Source of the DNA: Thermoproteus tenax Kra 1 | GTDB taxonomy: Archaea; Thermoproteota; Thermoprotei; Thermoproteales; Thermoproteaceae | Assembly: GCF_000253055.1 (NCBI RefSeq) | Contig: NC_016070.1 | Coordinates: 1,170,001 to 1,202,000 of the forward strand | Direction: 5' to 3' | DNA: 32,000 nt | Shown: piece after piece, positions 28,949-32,000 of the stretch | Numbering within the stretch: position 1 is the stretch's first letter | How the letters are laid out: every line of letters starts with the position of its first letter | Notes under the pieces: model-generated | Told to the model about the DNA's origin: nothing | Seen by the model: only the letters and a program-made list of their open reading frames with translations | Database searches by the model: none | Made by a program: the position numbers and the translations under genes

Positions 28949-30157
28949 TTATAGCTTTGACAACGCTCTGTTGAAATCTTTTACGAAGGAATGCCACGAA
29001 AAAACTTTGTATGCCTCACTCCTTATATGCCATGGATCGTAGTCGTTAATATTGTCTATTACGTACTCCAGCTTCCTCAAAAATATCGCTAGATCCCTCT
29101 CCGTGTTTATGTAGGGCGCCGCCACCGCGCCGATACTCGGCATCGTTTCTCTAGGCATTTCGAGAAATGTCGAGGCCACTACGGGCTTTCCCAGGGCCAT
29201 GGCTTCCATCACAGCCACGCCCGGCCCGCCGTAGTAGCCCGGAGTCGCCGGCAGTATATATACGTCTGACGCCTTCACTATCTTTATGAACTCTGCGTGA
29301 GGTAGATAGGGGTAGGCCGTTATGCCCAGCCTCCTGTAGAGCTCCAAGCTCCTCCCCGAGACGCCCGTGACGACCATGGCCGCTTTGTCTCCGTATCTAT
29401 CCCTCAGCCACCTCCATATCAATGGCGCCAAGCGGGCCCCTTTAATGTAGCCGGCCTCCTCTCCGAAGACTCCCATGTAGCTCGCCACAACGACGGCATC
29501 TTTAGGCATCTTGAGCTCTTCTCTTATCCTCTCCTTTTCCTCAGGGCTCGGCGGCTTTAGTCTGTCAAAGTCTACTGCCATCGTTCTGAACACAACCTCG
29601 GCATCTACGCCGAGTATGTCCTCTAAGTATTCCTTCTCTCTGATGTTGACGACGAATATCACCCCCTTCACCTTCTTCAACAGACTCTCCCTCTTCAGTT
29701 TTGAGACCTCTTTGATCATATCTATTGGGCTTAAGCCTAGTCTCCTCGTCGGCGGCCTCGCCCCGTGGTGTTGCAGTATCAATGGGCGGTCTATTAAGCT
29801 CCTTATTATCAGTTCTGAGTTCAACGCTCTATACTCATGTATGTATGGCACGTACTCCTCCCTAAGGGCCTTATGCACAACATACTTGACGAGGGCGGGG
29901 GACACCTCATCCCACTTCCAAAGTCTTCCGCTGGGCGAAAGCCTTGCGGTCGGCGTCAAGATCAGAGGCACGTCGTCGATAATTTTAACTAGGCAGTATT
30001 TGCCCCCGCTCGGCCTAACCGCCTCAACTGTGTATTCGCCGAGAGTTCTCAACGCCTTTGCCGATCTGAAGTGCCACCCCTGCCCGTCCTCCTCAGCCAA
30101 CTTGCCGTTTATCATCGGCAAAGAGTGGTGTAATACGCTGATCACTCTGCGCTCCAC
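28949..30157 (-). CDS. GT4 family glycosyltransferase
   Basis: LILQHHGARPP, VFVVNIREKEYLEDIL, DVEVVFR..., VVASYMGVFGEEAGYIKGARLAPLIWRWL, KASDVYILPATPGYYGGPGVAVMEAMALGKPVVASTFLEMPR. Confidence 0.88.
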   Translation of the reverse strand: MERRVISVLHHSLPMINGKLAEEDGQGWHFRSAKALRTLGEYTVEAVRPSGGKYCLVKIIDDVPLILTPTARLSPSGRLWKWDEVSPALVKYVVHKALREEYVPYIHEYRALNSELIIRSLIDRPLILQHHGARPPTRRLGLSPIDMIKEVSKLKRESLLKKVKGVIFVVNIREKEYLEDILGVDAEVVFRTMAVDFDRLKPPSPEEKERIREELKMPKDAVVVASYMGVFGEEAGYIKGARLAPLIWRWLRDRYGDKAAMVVTGVSGRSLELYRRLGITAYPYLPHAEFIKIVKASDVYILPATPGYYGGPGVAVMEAMALGKPVVASTFLEMPRETMPSIGAVAAPYINTERDLAIFLRKLEYVIDNINDYDPWHIRSEAYKVFSWHSFVKDFNRALSKL

Positions 30158-30756
30158 GCCCCCCTTAGCGCCTTCTCCAGCGTTGTAAACCTCAGCCCGA
30201 GCGCCCTTAAGAAAAATACCGCCGTCTTGACTACCGGAGGTTTTTCCTGATGCATGGCCAACACCACCATCCTTGCTCTTTTTAGTTTTAGCGGAACCTT
30301 GGGCAGGTGTCTGATGCCCATGCTGCCTATCGCATATGGGTTAATCGCGTCGTTCCATCTGTTCACTCTGCCCATAGTTCTGCCGTAGGCATAATACCTT
30401 TTGACCACCTCGACTACGACGTCGTTGAACGAGCCGTACGGGTATGCGATTCCGCCGACCTCGCGCTTGGCCACCTCTTCGAGCTTCCGCTTCGACTCGG
30501 AGACCTCTCGTTCGACCTCCTCGATGGACAGCTCCGTCAAGTCTCTATGGCTCACTGTGTGCGACCCGATCTCGTGCCCCATATCTGCCATCTCTCTGAT
30601 GAGCTCAGGCCTCGTCGTCAACAGCCTCCTCCCCCTGTACTGAGTAAGCCCCGTAATTATGAAGAAGGTCGCAACGATGTCCATCTTATAAAGCATCTTA
30701 GCTATCTCGTAGTGTTCGATATAACCGTCGTCGAACGTCAATACGGCGTATCTCAC
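30142..30756 (-). CDS. Polysaccharide deacetylase (NodB homology domain, CE4)
   Basis: YAVLTFDDGYIEHYEIAKMLYKMDIVATFFIITG...MADMGHEIGSHTVSHRDLTELS (TFDDGY and HTVSH metal-binding motifs), GIAYPYGSFND. Confidence 0.93.
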   Translation of the reverse strand: MRYAVLTFDDGYIEHYEIAKMLYKMDIVATFFIITGLTQYRGRRLLTTRPELIREMADMGHEIGSHTVSHRDLTELSIEEVEREVSESKRKLEEVAKREVGGIAYPYGSFNDVVVEVVKRYYAYGRTMGRVNRWNDAINPYAIGSMGIRHLPKVPLKLKRARMVVLAMHQEKPPVVKTAVFFLRALGLRFTTLEKALRGAWSAE

Positions 30757-31919
30757 ACGCCCGCCGCCTCCTTATAGACCTTTATGTAGCCCTCGGCGGT
30801 CTTGCCTATGTCGAAGTGCTCCTCGGCCGCCGCAAGGGCCCTCTGGCTGAACCTTTTATACAAGCCGTCGTCTGTCAACAACGTCGTTAGCGCTTCTGCG
30901 TATTCCCGCTCGTTGAACGTGTTCACCGCTAGGCCCGACCCAAAGCCTTCGACGAGCTCTATGGAGTAAGGCGCTCTATGGGCGACCACGGGCTTTCCCA
31001 AGGCGTAGGCCTCGGCTATCACATAGCCGAAGGACTCGTAAAGGCTTGGGTGTGTTAACAGCCTAGATCTGGCCATGATCTTAAGCGCGTCGACCCTCTT
31101 CAGCCAGCCGTGGAACACCACTCTATTATTTAGTTCAAACTTGGCGGCCAGCTCCTTGAGCACGGGCTCCTCGGGGCCGGAGCCAACTATGTGGAGTTTC
31201 GCGTCCTTGATCTCCTTGGCTACGTGTCGAAACGCCCTAATGAGTCTGGCGCCGCCCTTATACTCCATCAACCTGCTAACGAAAACAATATCCGGAGAGT
31301 CTCCCTTGACCTCGCCAACCTGTCTGCGTATCTTCCTCACAGATAAGCCGTTGTAGATGACCGTAGTCTTACTCTTAAGCTTATCCCTATCCTCAGGCGG
31401 TGTGTGGACCAGCGCATCGGCTAGGCAACTCTTGGATACGAAGACCAGCTTGTCGACCCTAGGCTTGGCGATCAACGATGCAAGAGCGCCGGGGAGCCTA
31501 TGTGTGATGTCGAAGAGCCTAAGCCAAATCCAGTCTCTGAGGGAGCCATAGACGCTCCTTAGGACTCCCAAGGATGGGCAACCGTGTATAGTAGCCACAG
31601 TAGAGGCGTGTCCGCTTAAGTGAGGCAGTAAGGCGAGTGCCCCGGTTGAGTCATGGATTACATCGAAACCATTCCTCTTGACAAGGCTCGTTATCTTGTT
31701 TGCATTGAGCATGAAGAACGTAACATCCTTAGGAGGAATCGACGGACTCCTGAATGTATTAATCTCAAGTCTGCCGTACTTAACGCTACTATCCTTATCG
31801 CCTCTAATGATAACCGTAACCTCAACACCACGTCGAGCGAGTTCTGTGGCTAGCTCATAATTAAAGGTGCCGACGCCGCCATATAATCCAAAGTCAAAGG
31901 CTAGTAATAATATTTTCAT
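30753..31919 (-). CDS. GT4 family glycosyltransferase
   Basis: ILLLAFDFGLYGGVGTFNYELATELARRGVEVTVI, VFVSKSCLADAL, VIYNGLSVRKI, FVSRLMEYKGGARLIRAF, LLTHPSLYESFGYVIAEAYALGKPVVAHRAPYSIELV. Confidence 0.95.
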   Translation of the reverse strand: MKILLLAFDFGLYGGVGTFNYELATELARRGVEVTVIIRGDKDSSVKYGRLEINTFRSPSIPPKDVTFFMLNANKITSLVKRNGFDVIHDSTGALALLPHLSGHASTVATIHGCPSLGVLRSVYGSLRDWIWLRLFDITHRLPGALASLIAKPRVDKLVFVSKSCLADALVHTPPEDRDKLKSKTTVIYNGLSVRKIRRQVGEVKGDSPDIVFVSRLMEYKGGARLIRAFRHVAKEIKDAKLHIVGSGPEEPVLKELAAKFELNNRVVFHGWLKRVDALKIMARSRLLTHPSLYESFGYVIAEAYALGKPVVAHRAPYSIELVEGFGSGLAVNTFNEREYAEALTTLLTDDGLYKRFSQRALAAAEEHFDIGKTAEGYIKVYKEAAGV

Positions 31920-32000
31920 CTCTTTTAAACAGTTGACTAATTATATTATTAAACTTGGATAAAAACACAAAAGGAGATAGTTCTTTGTCAAATATGGTCT

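Noticed and set aside
29511-30188. Plus-strand 225-aa Ser/Leu-rich ORF
   Set aside because: Antisense to the GT4 gene 28949-30157; composition typical of antisense frames.
1-32000. CRISPR array, transposase, integrase or toxin-antitoxin genes
   Set aside because: I looked for repeated 24-37 nt units, transposase/integrase motifs and small two-gene TA pairs by eye and saw none convincing. tRNA/rRNA genes were also not recognised, though a tRNAscan run would be needed to exclude them.

Overview
The protein families and very short or overlapping intergenic spacing suggest a hyperthermophilic crenarchaeal chromosome segment (Thermoproteales/Pyrobaculum-like). This is inferred from sequence only; no database search was run. 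After an archaeal ATPase, a decayed PaREP1-like gene, a Nudix hydrolase and a coiled-coil protein, the window is almost entirely a surface-glycan (polysaccharide/glycoprotein) biosynthesis island. It contains a dTDP-L-rhamnose operon (rfbA-rfbB-rfbD-rfbC), an NAD-dependent sugar epimerase, about a dozen GT2/GT4 glycosyltransferases, two related Wzx-type flippases (one disrupted), two thymidylate-kinase-like P-loop proteins, a nucleotidyltransferase (frameshifted), a SAM methyltransferase and a polysaccharide deacetylase. The most notable feature is the density of disrupted glycan genes: a frameshifted nucleotidyltransferase, a GT4 with most of its middle missing, a 5'-truncated GT2, a GT4 whose two halves lie on opposite strands, a frameshifted GT4, and a flippase with an in-frame stop plus a frameshift. 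Base composition also shifts sharply near 15.5 kb. This looks like an actively diversifying and decaying glycosylation island. I did not find convincing evidence of a new defence or mobile system.
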